A stretch of DNA of 63,936 nucleotides, the filler included, from Porpidia crustulata (taxonomy: Eukaryota): NCBI GenBank assembly GCA_964255105.1. It is 3 parts of 3 records of this genome, joined end to end, with 100 filler letters (N's around TTAATTAATTAA, not from the genome) between each part and the next. Parts side by side here need not be neighbours in the genome. Positions count along the whole stretch, not along the records: positions 47,617 to 63,936 come from CAXUWE010000261.1; 2 more parts are not named here. One strand, given 5' to 3'. The notes under the pieces are model-generated. The model saw only the letters and a list, made by a program, of their open reading frames with translations, was not told the origin of the DNA and ran no database searches. The position numbers and the translations under genes were made by a program. This document shows, piece after piece, positions 51,694-63,499 of this stretch; the stretch's first letter is position 1, and each line of letters opens with the position of its first letter.

Positions 51694-54453
51694 TTAACCA
51701 AGGGCAAGGCATGCGTCGACAGCCAAAACGACCCTACATACAATCTATTAGCGGCCGTGGCTTCGCAATAGTAGCATACTCCTAGTCATACTACGTACCT
51801 GCCCTGCTTCTCGCGTACAACATCGTCTATGATGTCTTTATCCAGGTCTGGGAACATACCAATGAGAGTTCTTGGGATAGTAGATTAGCGCAGGCTGAAT
51901 AGGCGATGAAAATTCAATACTCACTCGACAACATTGTTGTGCTCGACTCTCTGTAATCGTTGAGCCTCTGCCGCCTCAACGCTGGCTTGCCTTGCCGCAT
52001 CATCTACACTAAGTCCAACACTTTGTCTCCCGCCACCGTCAGCTTCTCTAGGTCGGTCTTGGGATCGTCTTATCTCGTTGCTGTTCCGAGGGGGGTGAAA
52101 TACGGCAGGAGACAATCGAGTCGGACTCGACTGCGATGCTGGTAGTAGCTGGCTAGTAGCTCCCGGAATATGCGAATCTTGAGGATCATCGGAGAACATC
52201 CGCCCTAAACTAGACAGAGGCCGCTGGATGTTACGCAATAGACCGCCCACGGCAGAATTTTCGTCCGTTCCGTTGATACCAGCAGAACTTTCAGTTACGT
52301 TGCGAGAGGATGTGGACCTTCTTGGTGTTGCATATTCCACTTCTACAGAGCTCTGAGGAACAAGTTTCGGCTCACTAAGTGCCGACTTTTCAGAGACGTG
52401 TGGGTGACGGGAGTTTTGCGCCACATCTTCTTTATGGCGCTCTGCAATCGCGGAGACCGCTGCTTCGACGTTTCTCTCGAATTCTTCGTCAGATACTGTC
52501 AATGAAGTTTGATCGAGGTTCTCAATGAACTGAATTGCGCCCATCTAACAACGATTAACATCGATCCATGGAGTCAGCTGACGATAATAGCTTCTAAGTA
52601 ATGCTTACTAGTGAAGATAAGTAGTAACCTGCTTCGCCACCTAATTTGTCTTGGTTCCTGAAGCGAAGTATATACTGAACATTTGAAACAAGGTGCTCTG
52701 GATTAGCTTGTAGTACAACATATATCAGCAGCGGCACAAAAGAATCCGCCGATGTATCTGCTGACTTAGAATTACGTAGCAATCCTACAATGATTAGCCT
52801 TGTCTACCGTTTGAAAGGGCTTTCTAACCAAAGATCACTTTGCAGCAATTAAGAACACATATCACCTTGTCTCGAGGAGCTCGATAGGTCTTGATCTTCA
52901 GAAGCTCTAAGGTCGAATGAGCTCTCAGTCTATTGCATGGAATGATAATACAGTAGCAGACCTTTCTGAGCATGAACCAAGAAAGTCCTTCCACTATCGC
53001 CGACGGGCGCAATATCAAGATGTTCCTCCTGCACCCATCCATAAATACGAACCTTCTGCTCTAATATTTCGTCTCTCTCAATATCTTCTTGATGCTGACC
53101 TCTTCTCCCAGGTCCCACGAGCTTCTCTATGTTTTTCCGCTTTCCTTTACCTCCAGGAATGGGTGCCGGGGGCGCGATAACAGGTGAAAAGGTCTGTGAA
53201 TATAGTCTGTTCATGACAAGCTTCTCCATACCTTCCTTCGCGTTCTCAAACTCGGCGTCAGAGACCCCACGCCACACATCGCATTGCGCCATTTTATTAG
53301 CGATAAAGTTTAGAAAATCACTGATGATTTTCACTTGTTCGTGAACCATCCACTGCTTCTTACCGAATTCGATGAGGAACGAACGTAGGAACTTCGCTAC
53401 TGGATCTGCTGTGCGGTGACGAAGCTGTTCAAGAAAGCGATGAAAGTCAAAAGGCAGGTCTGGCTCGGGGTCTGGCTCTGGTGGAAGCGGTTTATGCAAA
53501 GATGCTGGCGATTGAGGGCCGAAGACATCATTGGTGCTATAGTGGACAGATTGGGGCAAGCTTGAATTTCGCACAGAGTATGACTTAATGGAACTCCCGG
53601 GACTAGAATTCTCCAGTTTCTGAGACGAAGAAGGGTTGAATGGAGGCGAAAATGCACCCCTCTCTGTGGAAAATTCCTCGGCCGTTGGGCCTGTATTGTC
53701 TGGGGGCTCTAGACTCGATTTCCTCGGAAGATGCTGCGCGGAATTTCCTAGGAGCCCACCTGCAAATTCGAGTCTTGGTGACATAATTTTTTCTTCATGC
53801 CCGTCTCCATTTTCATCAAATTGGTCCATAATGCTCTGTATCTCGGACGCTGAACTGCCATGTGATTGTTCTTCAGCGGTCTCGGGTTCCTTAGTATCGA
53901 ATTCCCCGTCTGTTGATGTCCTCGAAGATGGGACGGGAACTTTGTCGTGCTCTTCTGCTTCGGGCGGAGAAAGGAACAGACTACGTTGGTGGGCAAGTAC
54001 TCGAGAATTAGATGCCAAAGATCCTGTAGCTACCAGTAAGGACTCAGATTGTAAATTGTCCAGCGGAGGCGGTGTTAAAGAATCCTTGCCAACCGTAAGA
54101 CATTTCGAGGCATCTTGAGTATTTGCCGCTGACAAGGCTGGAGATGTGAATAATCGGCCCTGTACCTTCTCGTCGAGCTCGATATCATCTTCCTGGGACG
54201 TTTGAAGGTCCTCATCATGTGCTCCTTCATGAGCAGTCCTGATGACAAGGGTCGGATCTGGAAGCAGCTTCGAATTCTCTAAGCCTTGCTCAAGTTGACC
54301 CTTGTGTTCCTCCTGGGAAGACAGTGCTCCATCCACAATCTCAGCGTATCTGCCAACGACTTTCGTCCCAGAATATCCTCCTACATCTTTGTTGTTGGTT
54401 TTATCATGTTCTGATGCCGCGGTTGAATTTGGCAGCCCTTCTTTGGAAGACAT
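51694..54453 (-). CDS. VPS9: Rab5/Vps21 guanine nucleotide exchange factor with CUE domain
   Basis: FDFHRFLEQLR, EGMEKLVMNRLY, PRDKVICVLNCCKVI, SADSFVPLLIYVVL and GEAGYYLSSL motifs, plus C-terminal CUE (GMFPDLDKDII..AVDACLAL). Confidence 0.94.
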
Positions 54454-54910
54454 GAATCTGCGTGCATTTGGTCAAAATACTCCTATAATCTATGCAGAGA
54501 GAATTCTCGCAACAGCATCTCCATCTAGCATGCGGTGGGCTTTGAGCAAGCCTACCCTAAAAATGGGAGCGTGAAGGTTTCTAGGGTATCATTTGAACTG
54601 GAGTGGAGGTGTCGTCTCGTGTACGTGTATCGGAGCTAACGGAGCTAACATTCGATTTGGGCAAGATGGTCACGTGGTCTCGTTCCGGCCAGTTGGGTGA
54701 CCCTCATATCAACAAGCAAGATCCTCGAAAAAAAGCAATAGCTGCAGCGAACAGTCAAAGTACTTTTTTCAGAACATGTGGATCTGATAGACTTCTCTAT
54801 CTCCCCATGTTTGAGAAGCTCTTCCCAACCCAGGAGCAAGCTTAAAATCTCAAAATAATTTTCCCTTTTTGAATGATTCCATCTATGTCCTACACCATCT
54901 GTCACAAAGG
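54454..54910. promoter_or_regulatory. Bidirectional promoter VPS9/ASNSD1-like with a Cbf1-type E-box
   Basis: Divergent ATGs 457 bp apart, with GTCACGTG at 54669-54676. Confidence 0.4.
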
Positions 54911-56742
54911 ATGTGTGGCATTTACTTTTCGTGCAGCTACCAGGAACACCTTGCTCCTTCTTGTAACGTATTGGAGTGCCTCGCTAGGCGTGGGCCAGAT
55001 AGCGAACAGGTCCTTCAACGCAAGCTTGAATCATCCAATAATGTTGATACCACTTTAGAAAGTGTCCTTTATATTACCTTTGTTTCCACTGTTTTGTCGC
55101 TTCGAGGTGATCAAGTTGTGCGTCAACCACTGGAAGACTCATCATCTGACTCAATTCTGTGCTGGAATGGAGAGGTCTGGAAGATCAACGATAAGGGCAT
55201 TGATGGCAACGACGCACAATTAGTATTTCATCTACTTCTAGCAGCCACAAAGTCTAAGAGTATGGCCAATCAGGATACAATGATTGATTATACCGAAACT
55301 TTACAAGCAGTAATAAATTTCATATCTACTTTATCAGGACCCTTCTCTTTCGTTTTCTACGATGCGGGCCATCAACGCATTTTCTATGGCAGAGACGCTT
55401 TGGGCCGCCGCTCACTGCTATCAAAGCGTTCAGAGAATGGTATCATGCAAGTCTCGAGTATCTGTGATGGTTGTACTTCGAATACATGGGAAGAAGTGGA
55501 AGTCAATGGCATATACATGTTCGACCTTGCAACAGATTCATATTCCGGTGTGGAGGAAAAGTACCTGCTTAATTTAATACCATGGTCAGGTGGGAATATG
55601 GGTCCATGTTCATTTCCTTCATTAGTTCGACCGCCTTATTGACTCGCGCGATAGTAATTTTATTGACCAGCCTCCAGAGATATCCATTTCCAACGCTAAA
55701 CAAGAATCAACCCCACTTAGAACCGCCTCGATTATCCCTCGAAGCGCCAGCCGTGGCCGAGCTCGTAAGCATGCTGTTGCTGTCGTTAGCCATCCGAGTA
55801 CAACATATCCCCATTGGCCCTGGGTCTCCCAGCACATCAGTCCGCATTGCTATCCTCTTCTCTGGCGGTCTTGACTGTACCGTCCTAGCGCGGCTCGTCC
55901 ATGATATCCTCCCCAAAGAACATGACGTTGATCTACTCAATGTAGCCTTTGAAAACCCTCGAGTCATCAGCGCTGCGAAATCTAATTCTTCGTACACTGC
56001 CCCTAGTGCTCCATCACCCTATCACCACTGCCCAGATCGCAAGACCGGTGTTTCTTCGTACGCCGAACTTCTCCAGATCTGTCCCGGGCGAACATGGCGA
56101 TTCGTCAGCATCGACGTTCCCTATTCCGAAACACTTGCCCACCGCTCTCAAGTCATATCTCTCATGCATCCCCATGACACAGAAATGGATCTATCCATAG
56201 CCTGCGCCCTCTATTTTGCTGCCCGCGGGTGTGGGACGATATGCAATATGGTTACCGGAGCAGTTATGCCCTACGTTACGCCAGCTAGGGTCCTTCTCTC
56301 CGGCCTTGGCGCAGACGAGCTGTTTGCAGGTTACACCCGCCACGCTACGGCTTTCGAACGACGAGGATGTCAAGGTCTTCTAGACGAACTCGAGCTCGAT
56401 TTCTCGCGGCTGGGAAAACGAAACCTAGGCCGTGATGATCGAGTAATCTCGCATTGGGGTCGGGAAGTGCGGTACCCATACCTCGATGAGGATGTGGTGA
56501 GCTGGGCTCTCGGGCGGCCATTCTGGGAGAAGTGTGGATTTGGGGAGGATGACGCCGCCATAGGAGACGATAATTTGGTACTAGAGCCGGGGAAAAAAGT
56601 CCTGCGACTGGCAGCGTGGAAACTTGGGATGGAGGGTGTGGCCATTGAGAAAAAAAGAGCGATTCAATTCGGAGCAAGGACAGCGAAGATGGAGCCTAGA
56701 AAGGCGAAAGGGACAGACACGCTCTCTGACCGCCCTTGTTGA
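54911..56742 (+). CDS. Asparagine synthetase domain-containing protein (ASNSD1/YML096W-like)
   Basis: N-terminal MCGI nucleophile, STVLSLRG, LCWNGEVW, GRDALGRRSLL, LFSGGLDC, SGLGADELFAGY, RNLGRDDR and KKRAIQFGAR motifs. One intron near 55625-55677. Confidence 0.9.
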
Positions 56743-59700
56743 CCAGGCAATCCAGCAACGTTCAATTAAGGAAGACAACCCCAAATTCATCGCCAATCAG
56801 TTGATTCCTTTCCAAACCACTGCTGTAAAAGATGGACCACAAAGGGATGCAAATTAAACAGCGCTGATGTGCTCATAAATAATCCTCTTGCAATGATGAC
56901 CGGACCGGTGTATGCTGGTCCTACAGATACTGCTGAGTCGCATCTCAATCTCACGGTCTTTCTCTAGAAGCTCTGCTCGCCACGCGTTTCTGAAGTTCTT
57001 CGGAGCAAGATGTAACCGGGTTATGGCAGCGCTTCGAAATTATTGACTATGAAGATGGTGGTGTTGACAATGATGCAGTTAAAGGCAAGTCTGAGCTGTT
57101 TTGACGGACTGAATGTTGACGCATTGATGGGACGACGGCGAACTTATTCGGAGAGAAAACTGATGGGATTTTGGGGTGAATTATGGCTAGGGTCAGGCAC
57201 ATCATGATGGAGCGAAATTACCTGCGGACAGCTATCCGAGGATCAATCGGTCACTTTGACTTCCCAGACAGTTGGAGAGGGAAGATGTCAAGGATCTGGA
57301 GAAACCACGTCGAGCAAATTACAGGAATAGCAATCGATGACGTGCAATAGGAATCTCTCTGATATTTCAAATCGCGGGATGTTACAATATATGGTCTTTG
57401 ATGCAGGATACAAAAAATGTTTAAGGCCATCGTCTGATATTCTTCGAAGAAAGTGAGCAGCATAGCGATAGCTTTCGAGGCTTGCTGTATCGATGCTGGG
57501 TAACAGAAGAACCTGACTTGACACTGCGCGAAACGTCACCGAAAGAATTAATTTGTGTCGCTTTAAGACAATCGCACTAACGATTTTTTTGACCTCTTCA
57601 CCGCTTATTGATTACAATGGAGGAATACTTGATTTGGATGCGCCGTATCACAACCTTGAGAGATCTCAACCTCCATACCAAAGATCTGGGAAATAGTTCG
57701 AGGGCTCATTTGGTGCTTCTTGCGTACGGCCGTACAAACCGTCTGTTTCAAGGTTATTCATTAACTCGATTTGTTCCTCCTGACTCAATCGGCGGGTAGA
57801 CTGATCGGGCACATAAGGCAACTGGAAGTATTGCAGATACTGATCGCCGATGACACCCAAATTATGTTCTGGACTCTGTTGTACTGGCGCTGTCCAAAGC
57901 TGCAGATCAGGTAAATTCCATGAAAAATGATTGTGCGTCTCGTTTAGGCCAAATGGCGTGGTGGAGAGAGAGGGCCACGTAGTATCGCTTCGACCAACGT
58001 CGGAGATGCCCGAGCGAGGGAGAATATGTTCTAACAATGACAAAGAATTGTTTACATTTCCTAATGGCATGTGGTTAGCCTGAAGCATGACGCTGGTAGG
58101 TATCGAGCGATCGCTATCATGGTCAGATGAAGTAGAAACTGCAATAATCGAATTACTGGAGGGCTGAGGATATGTGGAGAAGGTCTCGGGGTCCTCATGC
58201 AACGACTGATTTGAAGACGATCTAACCAAACGGAACGAATCAGTCTCAGAGTCGTAGATTTTGAGACAGGCTGCTCCCAGATGGCCGTAGAGTGCCAGGG
58301 CTGATTTGACACCAGGCCAGCGCTCTGCAGCCAAATAAATGCCTTCATGTGAAGTTCGTAATAACGTCTGTAGCTCCTCCTTTGAATGCTCCTTCTGCAC
58401 TTGTGCATAGAAAATGCTCCACAGTATGATATTGAGCGCCGCAAACAAAGACTGGGTAAAAATCCATGTAAGGTCAACTGATTTGGTCGCGATCTGCTGT
58501 CTATGCATCCGAATGTTGAAGCTGGCGGCATAGAAGCAGATTTGTGCTGAAGATACTGATGGTTCTGGAATTTGAGGGGATGGCCGATATTACAGAATTG
58601 TCATGATGTTATATCTCCCTTGAGCCCTGTGGAAAATTTTCAGAACTGTGTATGGTGTAGGCAAAGAATACCGCTCTGAAATAATTATTTCATACGATAA
58701 CGAAAATAGTCCTATTACTCGTACTGTTCTCTCACCTGACATATTTGGATGAAGTGGACTTACCACAGCTTAGTGAGGCCGCTCCCTACATCATCTTCAG
58801 GAACTCCCGAAAACCAATCCCTCAATTTCTGCTGCATCGCCACAAACCACGGGTCGTGATCATTATTCGGTTCTGGTCGCTTCTTCAAGTAAAGCTTGCG
58901 CCTCATCTCTGCTTGAAGCAGTCTCATTTTCATGAAAAGCATAGAAAAAAGCTTTTTATTTGAAGATGGACAGTCTCTCAATATACCAGATGAGCTGATG
59001 AAGCAGTCATCTACAAGTTCGAAGAACTTTACGTTTATATGATCGCAGCTTGTGCCGAAAGCACTTGGTCTACCAAGGCTGTGCGCAAGTCCCAGCTCCA
59101 TAGACGTGATAATCCAAAACAGACGTCGACGCAGGTCCATTTCGAGCGTATTGAACGGCGGCCGTCTAGAGACAATTCCAATGGTGGCCTCTTCTGTGAC
59201 TCCTATTTCCTGGCATAGCCTACTGGCTAATCCAATGACATAGTACGAAGCTGTTCGGGTTGGAGAGACCAAAGAGTATTGAGCAATCAGCGCGAAGCAC
59301 TGCAAAGTATTGAGGTTTAGAGGTTTTATGGTAAGCGAAAGATAGGGCAAAGCCGCGAGATAGTAACTGTCCGCTAGACTAGCGAACTTAGTATCGAGCT
59401 TCTGCATACTGATAGCTAAGACTATTCGCAGGGCAAAATTTTTATGAGCTTCCGTAGACCCATTGTAGACGTCTTCAACGTCGTTCTGGAAAGTAGGCTC
59501 GTGGAGCGTCGGAAGCAGGTACTGTGCTATTAAGCATCAGCCATGAGCTTGAAGCAACCCAGCGCGGGTGCCTAACCAGTATTATTGAAGATACCAATGA
59601 GCTTCTCCGTCAATTCGCGGGTGAGGAGATCGGGAGCGGCAACATTACTGATCAAGGGATAGACCTTTGACGTAGGCTTAGAGCTCTCCTTCGTAAAGTA

Positions 59701-59951
59701 GTCCTTGATCTGCTGAGCTTTCATGTCTGGTACTATTTCCTTGATACATTTACTTAGGGTAGTTTGCTTTGCCAACTCCATAACCAGACGGGTCAAGGCA
59801 ATTCCTCTCGAAGGTCCTTTCACAAGGGCCATAGCGGGGAAGCCGAGGATCACATTTGCTCTTCCGCTAAGACTTGTAAGCGGACAACCAATACGAGGTC
59901 AAGCCAGGGAAGGCCATTACCTTCCTACATCTTGTGCAAGCGCTCAATGTA

Positions 59952-60063
59952 CTCGTTCCCACCCCCAAACGGTCCGCCCTACCTAGGGTTAGGGCTACAA
60001 CATAGGGTTAGGGTTATATTGACTAATCTTAACTAGCGCGGACCGTTTGGGGGTGGGAACGAG
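59952..60063. mobile_element. 112-bp non-autonomous MITE (Tc1/mariner-type TA duplication) with a telomere-repeat core
   Basis: Perfect 26-bp TIRs CTCGTTCCCACCCCCAAACGGTCCGC (59952-59977) and its reverse complement (60038-60063). TA on both sides (59950-51 and 60064-65). Removing the element plus one TA restores the host reading frame. Confidence 0.9.
59984..60016 (+). repeat. Interstitial telomeric repeats (TAGGGTTAGGG twice) inside the MITE
   Basis: TAGGGTTAGGG at 59984-59994 and TAGGGTTAGGGTTA at 60003-60016. TTAGGG is the usual Pezizomycotina telomere repeat. Confidence 0.85.
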
Positions 60064-61006
60064 TATGGGCCGATCGCGAGTCTACGTCATTTGGACTTTC
60101 GCGATGGGATTCGTCTCCCTCCAATATTTTGTTTGTAGGCTTCAATGGGCTCGAAAGACTGGACGAGGTCTGGGAAGCCTCCATGACCAGATAACCCACA
60201 GGGTATGTCGCGTGACTCAGGAGCGTTCAGAGCATGTGCGTGGACGCTTCATCCTCCACGAGTCTCGTCTATAATCGACGATCATCGTTAGGGTAGGACC
60301 TACCTCTACAACGATTAGGAAGGAACAAATATTCATGTTGTCGAGGATGCCTGTAAGACTTAGAGGCTCGGTTGGAACTTGTAGTGCATAAGGTAGCATG
60401 ACGAGGGGAGACCCTTGCACGCCTTGTCAAAACGCCTCCATATGTCCTGTGGCGACGATGACAACTTCTGTTTACTATTACATTTCATTCAAGCTGTGAA
60501 TGACCTTTATAATTTGGACAATTCATGGGTTATAAACGCGCCGCTCATCTCTTCCTCACTTCGAGCAAGCACATAGTATCAATGCATACGGTGGACTGAG
60601 GCATGGAATATCTAGCGAGCTAAATATCATGTAGAAATCCCAGTTAGATATTCTGACAATAATCCGGCTGGAAAAAGGTGGTCTTTATCTATTATTATCA
60701 TTGCAGTTTACCTACTTCAATTCCCTGGCTCCTTCCTCTCGAACATCCCAGCCCACACATACTAGTCTTTGGCTTGAATATGAGTGTAGCGATTCCTTGC
60801 TTACTGAGCCCTCCTTCCATTGCTGTTCAATTTCTGCCGCTAGGTGCGGACTTATTTAATTGGGGTACATGATCCACATAGCGTCATATCACATGGTCCA
60901 AAAGAACAAGATGTCTCGTTGCCCAAAAAAGATTAGATTTCAACTTACGTTGTTTGTGTAACAAATCCTTCATTCGATTGTTTGGCCCCCTCCTAGTCTC
61001 TCGATT

Positions 61007-63000
61007 ATGTCTACTGAAAGTAGACTCAAGACCCCATTATTGCGAGTCAGTCGGTCGATTTCTGTGAGTACACAGTATCCTGGACCGGCGAATCCTGGGA
61101 ATTCTTAGTGACTCTGTGTCTTTATTAGGCATGTACAAGATGTCGGATGTCAAAGATAAAGTGTGACGGCAAATTGCCTGCCTGTTCAGCCTGTGAAAAA
61201 TCTGGTAGGACTCGGCAATGCTCGAACGCGAACGACGAGTTTGTTAAAGGAAAGGAACGAAGTTATATTGCCTCCCTGGAAGCCCGGCGCGGGAAGCTAG
61301 AAGAGCAAGTTTCTCGAGCAAAGGCCAGAAGAGCCTCTGATCCTGTGCTCGCTATTTTGCCAACTAAGGCTACGATGTCTTCGACCAGCCGGGTTTTCGA
61401 TCATAGTCGTAAAATCCAAACAAAGGAAGCTTCAGATATAGATGATCTAGTATCCGATTTTGGTTTCCTGCAAGTGTTTGGCCTGAGTAAACCATTATCT
61501 AATCTTTAATAATTCAAAATCTAGGTCGGTCAATGCTACAGCAAGAGATTTCTGGGGATTCAAAGACGTTTAATTTGCCCGCCTAGTCCTCCAATCGGCA
61601 ACTCGCGCTGAACTGCCTAAATTTAACACTGTTGTGCTACCTCCTAGACATGCAACTACTGCTTTGATTCAACATTACCTCGAAGATATCTTTGTTTTAT
61701 ACCCTTTCCTAGACGAACTTAGGCTATTTGGATCGTTAGATGCAGTCTACCACGATGGGGGTCGCTATGCCACTCCAATGGATCACTGGACATTGAGACT
61801 AACTCTTGCAATTGCACATGCACCACTCTCTTACCAGCACGGCGATACGCAATACCAGGACGCTGTACAACTTGCCGCGTCGGCGCTTCAGCAGGCGGAA
61901 ATAGTAATCCAGCCCGGCTCTTTGCAAGGAATCCAGGCAATCCTCCTCCTTGCCCAATACGCAATGTTGGATCCTCGTCACTTCAGCGATTGGTACCTGA
62001 TAGGGGCAGCATCTCGTGCCATGTTAGATCTTGGGCTGCATCAAGATCCCCAATTCATCACGCGGCCCCGAGATCCAAGTCTTGTTCTACAAAGGCGCAT
62101 ATATCACGCTATTTACACTCTTGACAGGTCCGCTTCATTTTATTCCCTGGCCAATATTTACTTGGCTGACGACCACATAGGTCCGTAGCTATAGTAAATC
62201 TCAGAGCTTTCTCGTTCACGGATGACTCTGCAAATGTTGGGCCTTTGAGCGGCCAGCAGTCTTTATCTCCTATCCAGTCGAGCGCTGAGCAGCGGCTTTT
62301 CCTACACACGATTATTCCAGCTACACATCTTATAGAACTTCGGCAACTACAGTCGCGCTCGTATCAGAAACTTTACAAGTCTAGTCTTCAAAGTCTAAAA
62401 GAGCCCTGGCCAGCTATATTCGCATCATTGATAAAAGTGCATATTTGGGCTTCAAATCTACCCGACACAATGAGAGAGTCAGCCACGAGACTCATGCGCT
62501 CAGACATGCTCTACAGTAACATTGTACTCCTTTCACCAACGGGCACAAACTTTCTCCAATCCGAATATGTTACGGCACTGATCTTCAAATACGCCACTGG
62601 CTACGCAGACTGTGTATCTTGGGCGGAAGAGAGCTGGACCAAGTTCACGTTTTGGACATATCACGACTTCCGGCGCACCACTTACGTATTCCATAGATTT
62701 ATGGATATCCTAGAAGCGAGTTCCATTTCACTCTTTAGTGGTGTTACGCCAAACGCTCCTTCGGGTTATGAAATGTCCTATGCACTGCCGAGTCTTAGTG
62801 TGCGTAGTCCAGAGGACATGTGGAAAAGGGCAAAGAGCTGTCTTGATTCTCTGAGAGTTAGGGTGGAGTACTTTAGGCTTAGGTTTGGAAACCTGGACTT
62901 ATGGGAATTATGCAGAGCAAGATATAATCAGATATCGCAGAAATTGCAGGCTGATGAGATAAATTGGAGCAGCTACTCTCATGGTGCTGCAGACGCCTAA
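61007..63000 (+). pseudogene. Zn2Cys6 / fungal_trans-domain transcription factor with a premature stop (probable young pseudogene)
   Basis: MSTESRLKTPLLRVSR..ACTRCRMSKIKCDGKLPACSACEKSGRTRQC..GKERSY. After the GC-AG intron 61470-61524 the frame reads SVNATARDFWGFKDV*FARLVL (TAA 61571-61573) and continues into DLGLHQDP..RRIYHAIYTLDR..RAFSFTDDS. Confidence 0.75.
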
Positions 63001-63499
63001 GTAGGGACCAATGTCAAGGGCTCGGCTCGAATGAAAAATGCTCAGAATTGGAACTTGATTTATGTGTTCCGATTGTTGGATGTACCAATCTGAGCTACAG
63101 CGGTAGGGAAATTTTGCCATGAATGTTCAGGCACCATACCGTCTGAAAAGGACGAACTTAAGATGCATATTTGATTTCGTTTGCTTATAATAGTCACGGG
63201 GCTATCTCCATCCTATGGGATGTTGGTATGCAGCGGCAGAGCACATAATTTCATCTTTCGAACTATACAGAGGCAGATTTTCCAGTGACACATCGACCAT
63301 AATGCATTTTAGCAGCTATTCACAGTGTTACCACGCAGATTTAAGGCGGAACGTGTCTGTTAATCTTAAGCGACCAGCGCTTGCGCGTCTGAGCGCTAAC
63401 TCTACGTGACATTTCCAATCAGTTGCTCAAAATCTCACTGCGAACGTAGGATTGTTCCTGATCAGTGGACGAAAGCTCAAATAGACTTACACAACAGTA

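Larger units (their letters stand above)
57666..60184 (-). pseudogene. Zn2Cys6 / fungal_trans-domain transcription factor pseudogene
   Basis: Reconstructed MEASQT...RSAH|TLSACTRCRK|RKSKCDPRLPRYGPCERT. Lesions: MITE in exon 1, Tyr at the fourth Cys position (59831-59833), a frame-shifting junction at about 59813-59818 that drops the sixth Cys and linker, and an in-frame TAA at 58590-58592. The middle homology region DLRRRLFWIITSME..LAHSLGRPS is intact. Confidence 0.88.

Noticed and set aside
1255..56857. Many 60-200 aa ORFs antisense to or overlapping the real genes (for example 1255-1683, 34232-34849 and 53636-54118)
   Set aside because: They are shadow ORFs of coding strands or alternative-start artefacts with no recognisable domains.
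56860..57660. Short ORFs between the ASNSD1-like gene and the TF pseudogene
   Set aside because: No coherent spliced model or recognisable motif. A gene relic cannot be excluded but is unsupported.
60003..60016. TAACCCTAA (minus strand) as a telomerase RNA template
   Set aside because: It lies inside a 112-bp insertion in a coding exon. Filamentous-fungal telomerase RNAs are kilobase-sized, and no such locus is evident around it.
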